Origin: Pseudoalteromonas translucida KMM 520
Lineage (GTDB): Bacteria > Pseudomonadota > Gammaproteobacteria > Enterobacterales > Alteromonadaceae
Assembly: GCF_001465295.1 (NCBI RefSeq)
Contig: NZ_CP011034.1
Coordinates: forward strand, 1,410,001 to 1,442,000
Length of the DNA stretch: 32,000 nt
Direction of reading: 5' to 3'
Numbering within the stretch: the first letter of the stretch is position 1; each line of letters begins with the position of its first letter. The notes beneath the pieces were generated by a model, which saw only the letters and a list, made by a program, of their open reading frames with translations, had not been told where the DNA came from and searched no databases. The position numbers and the translations under genes were made by a program. Shown one piece after another: positions 1 through 9,035 of this stretch.

Positions 1-210
1 AATTATAATATCTTGATTTAACAAGCGATTAGTTTCTTTATAAATTCGCTCGTTATGCCATGTAGGTTGTTTGTGTTTAATGGCATTTTGCAAATCTTTA
101 ATACTAAAGTCGGCCATTTTAAAACGTTTAAATAATAGCTCTAGCACCCCCCAATGTTCGCTAAGGGTATTTAATAGCTTTTTAGCTGGGATCATAAGGC
201 GTTTATACAT
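1..210 (-). CDS. Hypothetical protein, 5' part only (continues off the left window edge)
   Basis: My own translation of the minus strand from ATG at 210-208 gives MYKRLMIPAKKLLNTLSEHWGVLELLFKRFKMADFSIKDLQNAIKHKQPTWHNERIYKETNRLLNQDIII with no stop up to position 1. An in-frame TAA lies just upstream at 225-223. No motif recognised. Confidence 0.35.
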   Translation of the reverse strand, partial: MYKRLMIPAKKLLNTLSEHWGVLELLFKRFKMADFSIKDLQNAIKHKQPTWHNERIYKETNRLLNQDIII

Positions 211-426
211 CCTAGTATGTTGTTAAATAACGAGCTAAATAAGCGAGTTATTCATAATTTTAATAGCGCTGATAGCACTATGGTATTCGTTTTTACAACG
301 ATTTAATAATAGTTTTTACCAGGTCATAGTGATAACATCCGCACCGAAAATAGGCACACGAAATATGCGGCTCTATTTTCTTCATAGGTTCAATTTTTAC
401 ATTATTCCAAAGGTTGTTCAATTATC

Positions 427-1674
427 ATGGTTTCCTCTATTATCCTGACTTTAATAGCGATTGCATTTTTGCTGATTGTTATTGAGGATATAATCCACGT
501 AAACAAAGCTAAAACGACACTTTTTTTTGGTACGCTCTGCTGGATTATCTCTTTTATCTTCCCTATTAATGGGCAAAGCCCTGATACGATTCAATCACTC
601 CTTAATCATAATATTTTAGAAATTGCCTCCTTATGGTTGTTTTTAATGGCGGCAATGACCTTTGTTGCCTATTTAAACTCAAAAGGGTTTATCGAAAATA
701 TTGTTAACCGGATTATGCCAAAACGAATTAGCGAACGTAAGTTAATGTTTTTGGTTGGTGTTTTTGCATTTTTATTCTCTTCTATTTCCGATAACGTAAC
801 TGCTACGCTTATATCTTTAGCGGTGGTTTTATCATTAAAACTTGAAGCCAAAAAGCTAATTAGATACGCCACGCTGATAATTTTTGCGGTTAACTCTGGT
901 GGTGTGTCGTTAATTACCGGTGATGTAACCACGTTAATGATATTTTTAGATGGCAAAGTAACTATTAGCAATTTGTTATTGTTAATTGGGCCAGCATTTG
1001 TAAGTGTGATGCTGTTAGCTGCACTGTTATCAATAGGCTTAAATGGCCAGCTCGACTTTACTAAAACCAAGCAAAAACGCATTGAAAAAACCGATATTAC
1101 AATTGCAGTTATCTTCTTATCTACGGTTATTGCTACCTTAACACTGAGTGTTTTATACAGTGTACCGCCATTGCTTACCTTTTTGTTTGGTTTGTCTATG
1201 ATGTTTTTAGTGGCGCAATTTTTAATGCGCAAAAAAGACATAAACAAAGACATGATAGATTTTATTCGTGAAATAGAATACGACACCTTGTTGTTTTTTG
1301 TAGGTGTATTATTACTGGTAGGGGCGTTAAAAGAAGTTGGTATGTTAAGCAACTTTAGCGACCTGTACACAATAATGGCACCTGAATACGCAAACTATTT
1401 AATGGGTATATTGTCGGCAGGCGTTGATAACGTACCACTTACTGCCGCGTTATTAAAAGCAGATATAGTAATGACACAGCAGCATTGGCTGTCGTTTACT
1501 TATGCCACAGGCGTAGGGGGCTCTATGTTAATTATAGGCTCAGCGGCGGGTATTATTGCCATGAGCAAAGTTAAAGAACTGACCTTTATGAGCTATTTAC
1601 GTTTGTCGTTTTATTTATTAATTTGTTACACCGTAGGCTATACAGGCTCGTATTTAATGGCAGGTTTTGTTTAA
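427..1674 (+). CDS. Polytopic membrane transporter, ArsB/NhaD permease superfamily (NhaD-type Na+/H+ antiporter-like)
   Basis: 415-aa ORF, hydrophobic throughout with about 10-12 predicted TM segments. The blocks GGVSLITGDVTTLMIF and SAGVDNVPLTAALL resemble ArsB/NhaD-family signatures. A hairpin terminator follows. The antisense ORF 669-1370 is treated as an artefact. Confidence 0.6.
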   Translation: MVSSIILTLIAIAFLLIVIEDIIHVNKAKTTLFFGTLCWIISFIFPINGQSPDTIQSLLNHNILEIASLWLFLMAAMTFVAYLNSKGFIENIVNRIMPKRISERKLMFLVGVFAFLFSSISDNVTATLISLAVVLSLKLEAKKLIRYATLIIFAVNSGGVSLITGDVTTLMIFLDGKVTISNLLLLIGPAFVSVMLLAALLSIGLNGQLDFTKTKQKRIEKTDITIAVIFLSTVIATLTLSVLYSVPPLLTFLFGLSMMFLVAQFLMRKKDINKDMIDFIREIEYDTLLFFVGVLLLVGALKEVGMLSNFSDLYTIMAPEYANYLMGILSAGVDNVPLTAALLKADIVMTQQHWLSFTYATGVGGSMLIIGSAAGIIAMSKVKELTFMSYLRLSFYLLICYTVGYTGSYLMAGFV

Positions 1675-1727
1675 TATTAGTTATTAAAGTGCTTGACAGC
1701 TAGATGTCTAAACGATAACTTTCAAAG

Positions 1728-1775
1728 CCCCAGTAAAGTATTGATCTTTTCAATATATTGCTGGGGTTTTGTTTT
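1728..1775 (+). terminator. Probable rho-independent terminator of the transporter gene
   Basis: CCCCAGTAAAGTATTG ... CAATATATTGCTGGGG forms an imperfect long hairpin. It is followed by TTTTGTTTT, about 55 nt after the stop codon. Confidence 0.5.
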
Positions 1776-1811
1776 ATTAGTGATTGCTAAAATAGCCATT
1801 AATACAACATT

Positions 1812-1985
1812 CAGAAGAGGTGCGATACTTAGGTATTTAATGTGAGGTGACGAACGCCGTTGAGCATTAAAGAGGGAGGTACTCGCCGAGAAAAATAACG
1901 CGTCGTCGTCGTTGTTTTTCGGTTTATGGGGCTGAATCCTCAAAACTGTCACCAATATAGGTGGAGAGCTTCTGGCAGTGAATTT
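1812..1985 (+). promoter_or_regulatory. Lysine riboswitch (L-box) in the lysC leader
   Basis: Conserved L-box blocks occur in the right order: AGAGGTGCG (P1 5' side), AGAGGGAGGTACTCGCCGAG, GGGGCTGAATCCTC..AACTGTCACC and GGTGGAGAGCTTCTGG. From memory these closely parallel the E. coli lysC leader (GGGGGCTGAATCCCC..GTTGTCACC..GGTGGAGCACTTCTGG). The element lies directly upstream of an aspartokinase gene. Confidence 0.85.
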
Positions 1986-2054
1986 TCTTACCTTATATTT
2001 GCTGCCAAGTTCTTCTTGTTTTATTACGGTTTGGATGCCGTGAAAGGAGACAAA

Positions 2055-3446
2055 ATGACAACCCAATCAGTGCCACATGTAGTATTAGGCAGCAAATCAA
2101 ATTATACCGTTGCTAAATTTGGCGGCACCAGCGTAGCTAACTTTGCGGCTATGGACCACAGTAGTAAAATTGTAGTAGCAGATAAAAGCGTGCGTATTGT
2201 TGCACTAAGCGCCAGCGCAGGAGTCACTAATCATTTAGTTGAGCTATGTAAAAACAACCTTAGTGAAGATGAGCGCCAAGCACATATTAACGGCGTGCTG
2301 GCGATTCAGCAGGCTATTTTAGCCGAGTTGAGTTTAGATACCGACTTAGCGCAGGGCTTTGCCCAAACGTTAGCGGCATTTGAAAAACTAGCCAGCCAAA
2401 CACTACAAACTAAAGCGCTACATGACGAGCTATTAAGTTTTGGCGAGCGGTTATCAACTTATTTATTTACCCAAGTGCTGCGTTTAAAAGGTTTAAATGC
2501 AATACGCTTTGACGTGCGCCAAGTGCTTAAAACCGACAGTCAATTTGGCAAAGCAACTCCTAATGTTGCAGCTACTGCACAAGCAGCAAGCGCATTACTT
2601 ATTCCGCTGTTAGACGATCAAGTAATTGTTACACAGGGCTTTATTGGCAGCGACGAACACGGCCAAACGACCACTTTAGGGCGCGGCGGATCAGACTACA
2701 GTGCTGCATTACTGGCCGAGGCTATTCATGCTAAAAGTGTACATATTTGGACTGACGTAGTGGGTATTTTTAGTACCGACCCGCGTTTATGTGTAAAAGC
2801 CACGCCTATTGCACGCCTCAGCTTTGACGAAGCCGCCGAAATGGCTACCTTTGGTGCAAAAGTATTGCATCCGGCAACTATTTTACCCGCCAGTCGCAGC
2901 CATATTAATGTGTTTGTAGGGTCGAGCCGTGAGCCAGAGCGCGGTGGTACTTGGATTGAACGTGAAAAGTCGCAACTGCCAGGAATTCGCGCAGTAACAC
3001 AACGTAAAAATCAAATATTACTTACCCTTAAAAGCCCCGAAATGCTATTAGCTAGTGGCTTTTTAGCCCGAGTATTTACCATTTTAAGTGAGTTTAATAT
3101 TTCGGTAGATTTAGTGACTACTTCTGAAATTAGCGTAGCAATAACGCTTGATAACGCGCCTAATGCATCGCGTCCAGAGCTTGATCAGGGTTGCTTAGAT
3201 AAACTTGCTGAGTTTTGTCATGTATCGGTAGAAAACAACTTAACCTTAGTGGCGCTTATTGGCTCAGAAATACAGTTGCGCCAGCACGAAATGAACTTAA
3301 TGCAGGTATTAAGTGACTTTAATATAAGGCTAATTTGCCACGGTGCAAGTAAGCATAACTTGTGCTTTTTGGTCGAGCAAGGCGAATCCGATAACGTAGT
3401 GCAAGCTATTCATAGCCGACTACTTGAAAGCGATTGCGCGGCCTAA
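2055..3446 (+). CDS. lysC: Lysine-sensitive aspartokinase III
   Basis: VAKFGGTSVANF (the KFGGTS nucleotide-binding motif), LGRGGSDYSAALLAEA, and two C-terminal ACT-like repeats. I place the start at ATG 2055, behind SD AAGGAGA at 2044-2050. The tracked ORF start at 1926 lies inside the riboswitch. Riboswitch context supports lysC. Confidence 0.9.
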   Translation: MTTQSVPHVVLGSKSNYTVAKFGGTSVANFAAMDHSSKIVVADKSVRIVALSASAGVTNHLVELCKNNLSEDERQAHINGVLAIQQAILAELSLDTDLAQGFAQTLAAFEKLASQTLQTKALHDELLSFGERLSTYLFTQVLRLKGLNAIRFDVRQVLKTDSQFGKATPNVAATAQAASALLIPLLDDQVIVTQGFIGSDEHGQTTTLGRGGSDYSAALLAEAIHAKSVHIWTDVVGIFSTDPRLCVKATPIARLSFDEAAEMATFGAKVLHPATILPASRSHINVFVGSSREPERGGTWIEREKSQLPGIRAVTQRKNQILLTLKSPEMLLASGFLARVFTILSEFNISVDLVTTSEISVAITLDNAPNASRPELDQGCLDKLAEFCHVSVENNLTLVALIGSEIQLRQHEMNLMQVLSDFNIRLICHGASKHNLCFLVEQGESDNVVQAIHSRLLESDCAA

Positions 3447-4166
3447 TATAGCTAAATTAATAAGAGAGCACTGCCAGTCAGTGCTTTTTTCGCTCACTAC
3501 ACTTATATCAAATTCACCTACCACAGAACTACTGGCATTAAGCTGTGTGCAAGTTAACTCTGTAAACACATTAGGGCTTAGTAACTTGGCAATAGGGCGG
3601 CTAGTGGCTTTAGCGAGCGCTTCTTTTAAGGTCCAAATTCTAAAAAAGTGTTTAGCTTGATCCTCTGCATTGGTGGGCTTGGTGATCAGCGCAATTTCAT
3701 CGGTATGATAAAAATGCTTTGCGAGTTTTTCAAAAGGGCGCTTTGTGCTTATTTTTTCAATATCGAAACCAAACTGGGCTTTTGTAGGGTTAAGTGCAGC
3801 GCCAACAAAACCATTAGAATGCGATATACAGGTATTAATAACGGTATGGCTGTTATTAATGTGTAGCGCTAATTTACTTGTTTGTAGGTTAAACTCTGAG
3901 CTTATATTACATGGCTTAATGCCCGCCATATTAGGGTGCGAGGTTATAACTAAATACTTAAGTAATAATCGCGTGGCTAAATACTCTTGCTTGGCCGATG
4001 TGCTTTTACGGCGGTTTATTATTTGCAGCTCAAAAGGGCTTAAATAATCAGGCAAATTAAATTGGCTTATATCGAGCGTTTTAGCGTCAAACAATAAAAT
4101 AGGGCTTTTATTGTTACTAAAAGGCTGATTAATTTGCAGGGTGTTTTTAAAGTAAAGTGAACTCAT
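3420..4166 (-). CDS. 4'-phosphopantetheinyl transferase, Sfp/EntD type
   Basis: 248 aa. Carries the PPTase motifs GFDIE (GxDxE) and FFRIWTLKEALAKA (W/F-x-x-KEA-x-x-K). Its 3' end overlaps the lysC 3' end by 27 nt in convergent orientation. Confidence 0.75.
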   Translation of the reverse strand: MSSLYFKNTLQINQPFSNNKSPILLFDAKTLDISQFNLPDYLSPFELQIINRRKSTSAKQEYLATRLLLKYLVITSHPNMAGIKPCNISSEFNLQTSKLALHINNSHTVINTCISHSNGFVGAALNPTKAQFGFDIEKISTKRPFEKLAKHFYHTDEIALITKPTNAEDQAKHFFRIWTLKEALAKATSRPIAKLLSPNVFTELTCTQLNASSSVVGEFDISVVSEKSTDWQCSLINLAILGRAIAFK

Positions 4167-4339
4167 AAACGCTCAAAATAATAATAAATTTAATACCGAT
4201 TACCTGCTTGTATGCATATGCTGAACATATAGTGAGCGGTTGTTAGTTGTTGTGCGCGCTAGGTACATTTTTATTACTAAGGCGCGATGAAATATGGTTT
4301 AATTCACAACAGCTAAAATAATAACAGATTTGTAGGTGT

Positions 4340-5665
4340 ATGACACAAGTGCGTGATGGTTTTCAAAGTCGACTTGGTTTTGTATTGGCCGCCGCTGGCG
4401 CAGCGGTAGGTTTAGGTAATATATGGGGTTTTCCTACGCAGGCTGCTAACCATGGTGGTGGTGCTTTTTTGCTGGTTTACTTTATTGTTATATTTTTACT
4501 TGCTTTGCCGGCTTTATATACCGAGCTGTATTTAGGGTATTACGCCCAAGCTAATCCGGTAAAAGCACTTAGGCAAGCATGGCAAAATAAAGCCCCTAAA
4601 GTAGGCGCGGCTGCAGGTTATATTGGCCTTGGCGGCGCTATTGTAATGCTTAGCTTTTATTCAATAGTGGCGGGGTGGATGCTGTCGTATGCTATTGAAC
4701 CAGTAACTACATTTTTAGGGTTTAGCGGCGCTAGCGAATTTTTACACAGCGACTCTGCGCTGCGTAATTTTGTGTTTACCCCGCTTATGCTTATTTTAAC
4801 CGCGAGTATTATTTTAAAAGGGGTTAAATCGGGTATTGAAACCTGGTCACGGCGTTTAATGCCGGTGCTGCTAGTATTGCTAATTGGTTTAATTATTTAT
4901 ATTGCAACGCTTGATGGTGCAAGTGATGGCTTTGCAGCGTATTTAATACCTGACTTTAGCCAAATACTCGACCCTAACTTAATTATTGCAGCTATGGGGC
5001 AAGCCTTTTTCTCCTTATCGCTAGGTGTGGGCTGCATGATGATTTACGGCTCGTATTTAAAACCCGGTGCTAACTTACCAAAACTGACTGCCAGCGTAGC
5101 ACTACTCGATACCAGTGTGGCCTTTTTAGCTGGTTTACTTATTGTGCCTGCTATTTACGTGGCGCAGCACAACGGCGTAGAAGTATTTAGTAACGGTAAA
5201 TTAATTGGCGAAGGGCAGCTTATTTTTGCCATTTTACCCGCGTTATTTAGCACCATGGGCGATATTGGCTTATTGGTTGGGTTATTGTTTTTTGTATTAA
5301 TGTCGATAGCCTCGGTTACTTCTACTATATCAACCACCGAAATACCGGTGGCATTTTTAGTCGAAAACCACGGCGTTGATCGCACTAAAGCTACGTGGCT
5401 AGTTAGTGGCGTAGTGTTAGTGTTTGCCAGTTTAATAATACTTAATTTTGATTGGTTATTTGGCTTGGTTATTATGGTATTTACCCAGTATCAATTACCG
5501 TTAATGGGGTTATTTTACTTTGTTACTGTGGGCTGGTTATGGCAGCGTGGTAACAAACTACATCAAGCAACTAGCGGCGCGCATTACTGGTTTGCTCAGT
5601 ACATACGTTTTGTTTGCCCAATATTAATGACCTTGGTATTTGCCAATGTGGCGTTTAGTAGTTAA
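4340..5665 (+). CDS. Sodium-dependent transporter, neurotransmitter:sodium symporter (NSS/SNF) family
   Basis: 441 aa and polytopic. The N-terminal signature GFVLAAAGAAVGLGNIWGFP is typical of bacterial NSS proteins. Confidence 0.85.
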   Translation: MTQVRDGFQSRLGFVLAAAGAAVGLGNIWGFPTQAANHGGGAFLLVYFIVIFLLALPALYTELYLGYYAQANPVKALRQAWQNKAPKVGAAAGYIGLGGAIVMLSFYSIVAGWMLSYAIEPVTTFLGFSGASEFLHSDSALRNFVFTPLMLILTASIILKGVKSGIETWSRRLMPVLLVLLIGLIIYIATLDGASDGFAAYLIPDFSQILDPNLIIAAMGQAFFSLSLGVGCMMIYGSYLKPGANLPKLTASVALLDTSVAFLAGLLIVPAIYVAQHNGVEVFSNGKLIGEGQLIFAILPALFSTMGDIGLLVGLLFFVLMSIASVTSTISTTEIPVAFLVENHGVDRTKATWLVSGVVLVFASLIILNFDWLFGLVIMVFTQYQLPLMGLFYFVTVGWLWQRGNKLHQATSGAHYWFAQYIRFVCPILMTLVFANVAFSS

Positions 5666-5686
5666 GCGTTACTGCAAGTTATAAAT

Positions 5687-5713
5687 AAAACGGGAGCTTT
5701 TGCTCTCGTTTTG
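5687..5713. terminator. Shared (bidirectional) terminator between convergent genes
   Basis: AAAA-CGGGAGC-TTTT-GCTCTCG-TTTT. This is a 7-bp stem with one G.U pair, flanked by an A-run and a T-run, between the NSS stop (5665) and the gpx stop (5719). Confidence 0.6.
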
Positions 5714-5718
5714 CTTTG

Positions 5719-6213
5719 TTATTTAGCTGTTAGCAATAACTGATTTTCAATTGCCTGCTTTAACGTTTCTGGCTTGGTGCGCGGTGCATAACGGGAAACA
5801 AGTTGGCCTTGCGAATTAATTAAAAATTTAGTGAAGTTCCACTTTATTACTCGCCCTTGCGAAATACCTCTGGTGTGCTGCTTTAAGTAATTAAACAAGG
5901 GGTGAGCTTCTGGGCCGTTTACCATTACTTTGGCAAATATTTCAAATGTGGTATTAAATTGCGCTTGATAAAAGCTGTTAATGGCTAAATTATCAAGCGG
6001 CTCATTTTGGCCAAATTGATTGCACGGAAACGCTAAAATGGTAAATCCACTGTTTTTATAGTGCTGATACAGCTTTTCTAAAGCGGTTAACTGCGCCGAA
6101 AAATGACATTCACTGGCAATATTTACAATAAGTAGCGTTTTGCCTTTTAACTGCTTAAAAGAAAAAAGCGCCTTGTTACAACACTCTGCGTTAAATTGAT
6201 AAATACTATCCAT
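5719..6213 (-). CDS. Glutathione peroxidase (BtuE-like)
   Basis: 164 aa. GPx signatures present: LIVNIASECHFS (catalytic Cys block), LAFPCNQFGQNEP and IKWNFTKFLI. Confidence 0.9.
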   Translation of the reverse strand: MDSIYQFNAECCNKALFSFKQLKGKTLLIVNIASECHFSAQLTALEKLYQHYKNSGFTILAFPCNQFGQNEPLDNLAINSFYQAQFNTTFEIFAKVMVNGPEAHPLFNYLKQHTRGISQGRVIKWNFTKFLINSQGQLVSRYAPRTKPETLKQAIENQLLLTAK

Positions 6214-6331
6214 AGATCACCTACTTAATTTCCTATTAAATAAACTTTATAAAGACTTCATTCGCTTTTTTATCAACCGATTGACATAATCAGGCATGGT
6301 TTTTAAGTTATCAGTTTAATAGGTCATTTTT

Positions 6332-7213
6332 ATGTCAATGAAAGTAGCATTTATAGGTTTAGGCGTAATGGGTTACCCAATGGCGGGGCATTTAGCAAAA
6401 GCAGGGCACAGTGTGTGCGTTTATAACCGTACTCAAGCTAAAGCTCAAAAGTGGGCTAACGAATTTAGCGGCAACTTTGCAGCCACTCCACGCGAAGCTG
6501 TAAACGGTGCCGACATTGTATTTATGTGTGTGGGTAACGACGACGATTTACGCTCGGTAGTATATGGCGAAAACGGGGTATTAGCCGGTATTAAAGCAGG
6601 CAGTATTTTGGTCGATCATACTACTACTTCAGCTACAGTGGCGCGCGAAGTGGCAGCAAAAGCGGCGTTATTAAAAGTCGACTTTATTGACGCGCCAGTA
6701 TCGGGTGGTCAAGCTGGCGCCGAAAATGGCGTGCTTACAGTAATGGCTGGTGGCAGCGAAACTGTATTTGCTAAAGTGCAGCCTGTTATGACGGCATTTA
6801 GTCGTTTCAGCCAATTGTTAGGTGGCGTAGGCTCGGGGCAATTATGTAAAATGGTTAATCAAATTTGTATTGCGGGTGCAGTACAGGGCTTAGCCGAAGG
6901 CTTACATTTTGCAAAGCAAGCAGGGCTTGATGGTGAAAAAGTAATAGAAACTATTTCTAAAGGCGCTGCCGGTTCGTGGCAAATGGAAAACCGTTACAAA
7001 ACCATGTGGGCAGGGGAATACGACTTTGGTTTTGCAGTTGATTGGATGCGTAAAGACTTAGGCATAGCGCTAGATGAGGCGAAAAATAACGGTGCAACGC
7101 TAGCAATGACAGCCACAGTAGATGGGTATTACGCCGATGTGCAAGCATTAGGCGGTGGCCGCTACGATACATCAAGCTTACTTGCACGCATTGAAGCACA
7201 GCATAAAAAATAA
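6332..7213 (+). CDS. NAD(P)-dependent beta-hydroxyacid dehydrogenase (3-hydroxyisobutyrate / 2-hydroxy-3-oxopropionate reductase family)
   Basis: 293 aa. N-terminal Rossmann motif KVAFIGLGVMGYPMAGHL, DAPVSGG and the conserved K in MVNQ..; architecture typical of the MmsB/GarR family. The exact substrate cannot be called. Confidence 0.8.
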   Translation: MSMKVAFIGLGVMGYPMAGHLAKAGHSVCVYNRTQAKAQKWANEFSGNFAATPREAVNGADIVFMCVGNDDDLRSVVYGENGVLAGIKAGSILVDHTTTSATVAREVAAKAALLKVDFIDAPVSGGQAGAENGVLTVMAGGSETVFAKVQPVMTAFSRFSQLLGGVGSGQLCKMVNQICIAGAVQGLAEGLHFAKQAGLDGEKVIETISKGAAGSWQMENRYKTMWAGEYDFGFAVDWMRKDLGIALDEAKNNGATLAMTATVDGYYADVQALGGGRYDTSSLLARIEAQHKK

Positions 7214-7374
7214 CGTTTACGTTGAGTATATCGTTGTAGACGCCAAGCTTGCGTGATGTGCAAAGCCCGTAAAGTGATTTATTCACAAAGAGGTTAAGAG
7301 ACGCTGCGCTTTTAGAGAAAGTGATAGATCTAAAAAGATCATTGTTGGTTTTATGTCTTCTCATTTACTTAAAA

Positions 7375-7416
7375 CAAAAAACGCGACGCTTTAGTTATAA
7401 AGCGTCGCGTTTTTGT
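7375..7416. terminator. Strong bidirectional rho-independent terminator
   Basis: Perfect 13-bp stem: ACGCGACGCTTTA (7381-7393) pairs with TAAAGCGTCGCGT (7398-7410), with loop GTTA. An A-run lies upstream and TTTT downstream. It sits between the convergent dehydrogenase and sbcB genes. Confidence 0.85.
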
Positions 7417-7445
7417 ATGCCTTGTACCAATAAACTTAAAGCAAG

Positions 7446-8897
7446 CTACATGCTTTGTGCGTAGTTATATAAGGCTTTTAAAATGGTTAGGTTTTTTTCA
7501 CTGTCGTCATGCTCATGGGCTAAATTTTCAAGCGTGATCATAAAGTCTTGAGCGTTAATTGAGGGTTGATCTTCCCCGTGCATTAACTTGTTTTGACAAT
7601 ACTGACGCCATTGATCCAGTTCTTGCTGGTTAAGCGTTTGCGGCCAGTTACGAGCGCGGTATCTAAACAATAAAGTATTAAACTTTTTATCTTCAAAATC
7701 GAGTTTTAAATCGGCTAAGTCTTCGGGTTTTGCATCGCGAATAATCGCAAATTTAGCTTTGTCAGCATGGCTAGTAAACCCATCGTAAAGTAAATAGTCA
7801 ACGTTAGTTGTTGCGCTGTAATCGCCTTGCTCGTTAAACACCTCAGTTACTTTATCGCGCAGCTCGCTATTGCCTTTTAACACCGCCAGGTTTTTTAAAC
7901 ATTGCTCGCGGTCAATGCCTAAACGCGCTGCATTTTCAGGTAATAACGTTTTAGCAGGTGCTAAAATAGGGCACTTGTTTAAATGCACTAGTTTTAATCC
8001 TACTGGTAACTCGTCTTCAGCTAAATCAATACGCTTGGTATATAAACGTTTACGTAATTGCTCAACACTTAAATCAATAAGTACTTGTGGGCTTTGAATT
8101 AAATCAAAACAAATTACGGCATTTTTATTTACCGGATGAAAGCTCATAGGTGCAACCCAGCTAGTGCAGCCTTGGGTTGCTGGAATGCGTGAGCTGGTAT
8201 GCACAAGCGGGGTCATGTTAAATACATCAACCAACTCAGCTAAGGCTTTTTTACCGCGTAAACTAAAAAAGAAGTTATACAGCTTTGGCTGCTTGTCTTT
8301 TATTAGTTTAGCCAGTGCAATAGTAGCGGTTACATCGCTTAGTGCATCGTGCGCCGCAGCGTGTTCAATACCGTTGGCAACGGTTAAATGCTCTAACTTA
8401 AAGCTTGGACTACCGTCTTCTTTTAACGGCCATTCAATGCCCTCTGGGCGCAGTGCATAACAAGCACGTACTAAATCAATAATGTCCCAGCGGCTATTGT
8501 TGTTTTTATATTCACGCTCGTACGGGTCGTAAAAGTTACGGTAAAAGCTATAACGGCTTACTTCGTCATCAAACCGAATACTGTTATAACCAGCTACACA
8601 GGTATTTGGCATACTAAATTGTGCATGAATTTTTGCTATAAATTCAGCCTCAACCAAGCCTTTTTTCATCGCCACTTGTGGCGTAATGCCGGTAATTAAA
8701 CACGCCTCAGGGTGCGGTAAGTAATCCGCCTGCGGTTTACAGTATTCAATAAGCGGCTCACCAATAATATTTAAATCAAGATCGGTACGAACACCCGCAA
8801 ACTGGCTCGGCTTATCCTTTTGCGGACTAGCCCCCCAGGTCTCGTAGTCGTGCCAGTATATTGTAGGTTGTGTTTCGTGGTATGTTGGTTCGCTCAT
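7446..8897 (-). CDS. sbcB: Exodeoxyribonuclease I
   Basis: 483 aa. N-terminal DEDDh exonuclease block IYWHDYETWG, HDALSDV (the H-x4-D motif), and overall length and architecture like E. coli SbcB. Confidence 0.9.
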   Translation of the reverse strand: MSEPTYHETQPTIYWHDYETWGASPQKDKPSQFAGVRTDLDLNIIGEPLIEYCKPQADYLPHPEACLITGITPQVAMKKGLVEAEFIAKIHAQFSMPNTCVAGYNSIRFDDEVSRYSFYRNFYDPYEREYKNNNSRWDIIDLVRACYALRPEGIEWPLKEDGSPSFKLEHLTVANGIEHAAAHDALSDVTATIALAKLIKDKQPKLYNFFFSLRGKKALAELVDVFNMTPLVHTSSRIPATQGCTSWVAPMSFHPVNKNAVICFDLIQSPQVLIDLSVEQLRKRLYTKRIDLAEDELPVGLKLVHLNKCPILAPAKTLLPENAARLGIDREQCLKNLAVLKGNSELRDKVTEVFNEQGDYSATTNVDYLLYDGFTSHADKAKFAIIRDAKPEDLADLKLDFEDKKFNTLLFRYRARNWPQTLNQQELDQWRQYCQNKLMHGEDQPSINAQDFMITLENLAHEHDDSEKNLTILKALYNYAQSM

Positions 8898-8984
8898 TCT
8901 ATCTCTTAGCCCTTTTGTAATGCGGGTTTTTAGTGCACTTTAATTTGTTGTTGTATCTTTGCGTGTGTTGTAATCTGCGCATTG

Positions 8985-9027
8985 TGTGTATAATATTGTG
9001 TATAAATTTTTTGCTAACTGTGTATAA
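8985..9027 (+). repeat. Three direct copies of TGTGTATAA immediately upstream of int
   Basis: Exact 9-mers at 8985-8993, 8997-9005 and 9019-9027, with start-to-start spacing of 12 and 22 bp. They end 9 nt before the int start codon. Function is unknown; candidates are integrase arm-type sites or stacked -10-like elements (the first copy contains TATAAT). Confidence 0.6.
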
Positions 9028-9035
9028 AATATTAA

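Noticed and set aside
669-1370. 233-aa minus-strand ORF inside the transporter gene
   Set aside because: It is fully antisense to a convincing polytopic membrane protein gene. Its composition (N/K/I/S-rich) is typical of the reverse frame of an AT-rich hydrophobic gene. No SD and no motif.
1722-2066. 114-aa minus-strand ORF, and the 5' extension (1926-2054) of the tracked lysC ORF
   Set aside because: Both lie over the lysine riboswitch and lysC leader. The lysC start with a proper SD is ATG 2055, and the extension has no aspartokinase similarity.
3424-4047. Three plus-strand ORFs (3424-3660, 3648-3866, 3745-4047)
   Set aside because: They are antisense or alternative frames of the PPTase gene, which carries clear family motifs. 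All three are short, overlap one another and have no motif.
6957-7364. 135-aa minus-strand ORF overlapping the dehydrogenase 3' end
   Set aside because: It overlaps a well-supported gene in antisense and runs through an intergenic region up to a terminator. No SD or motif.
7870-8460. Plus-strand ORFs 7870-8097 and 8164-8460 within sbcB
   Set aside because: Antisense to sbcB, which is full length with exonuclease motifs.
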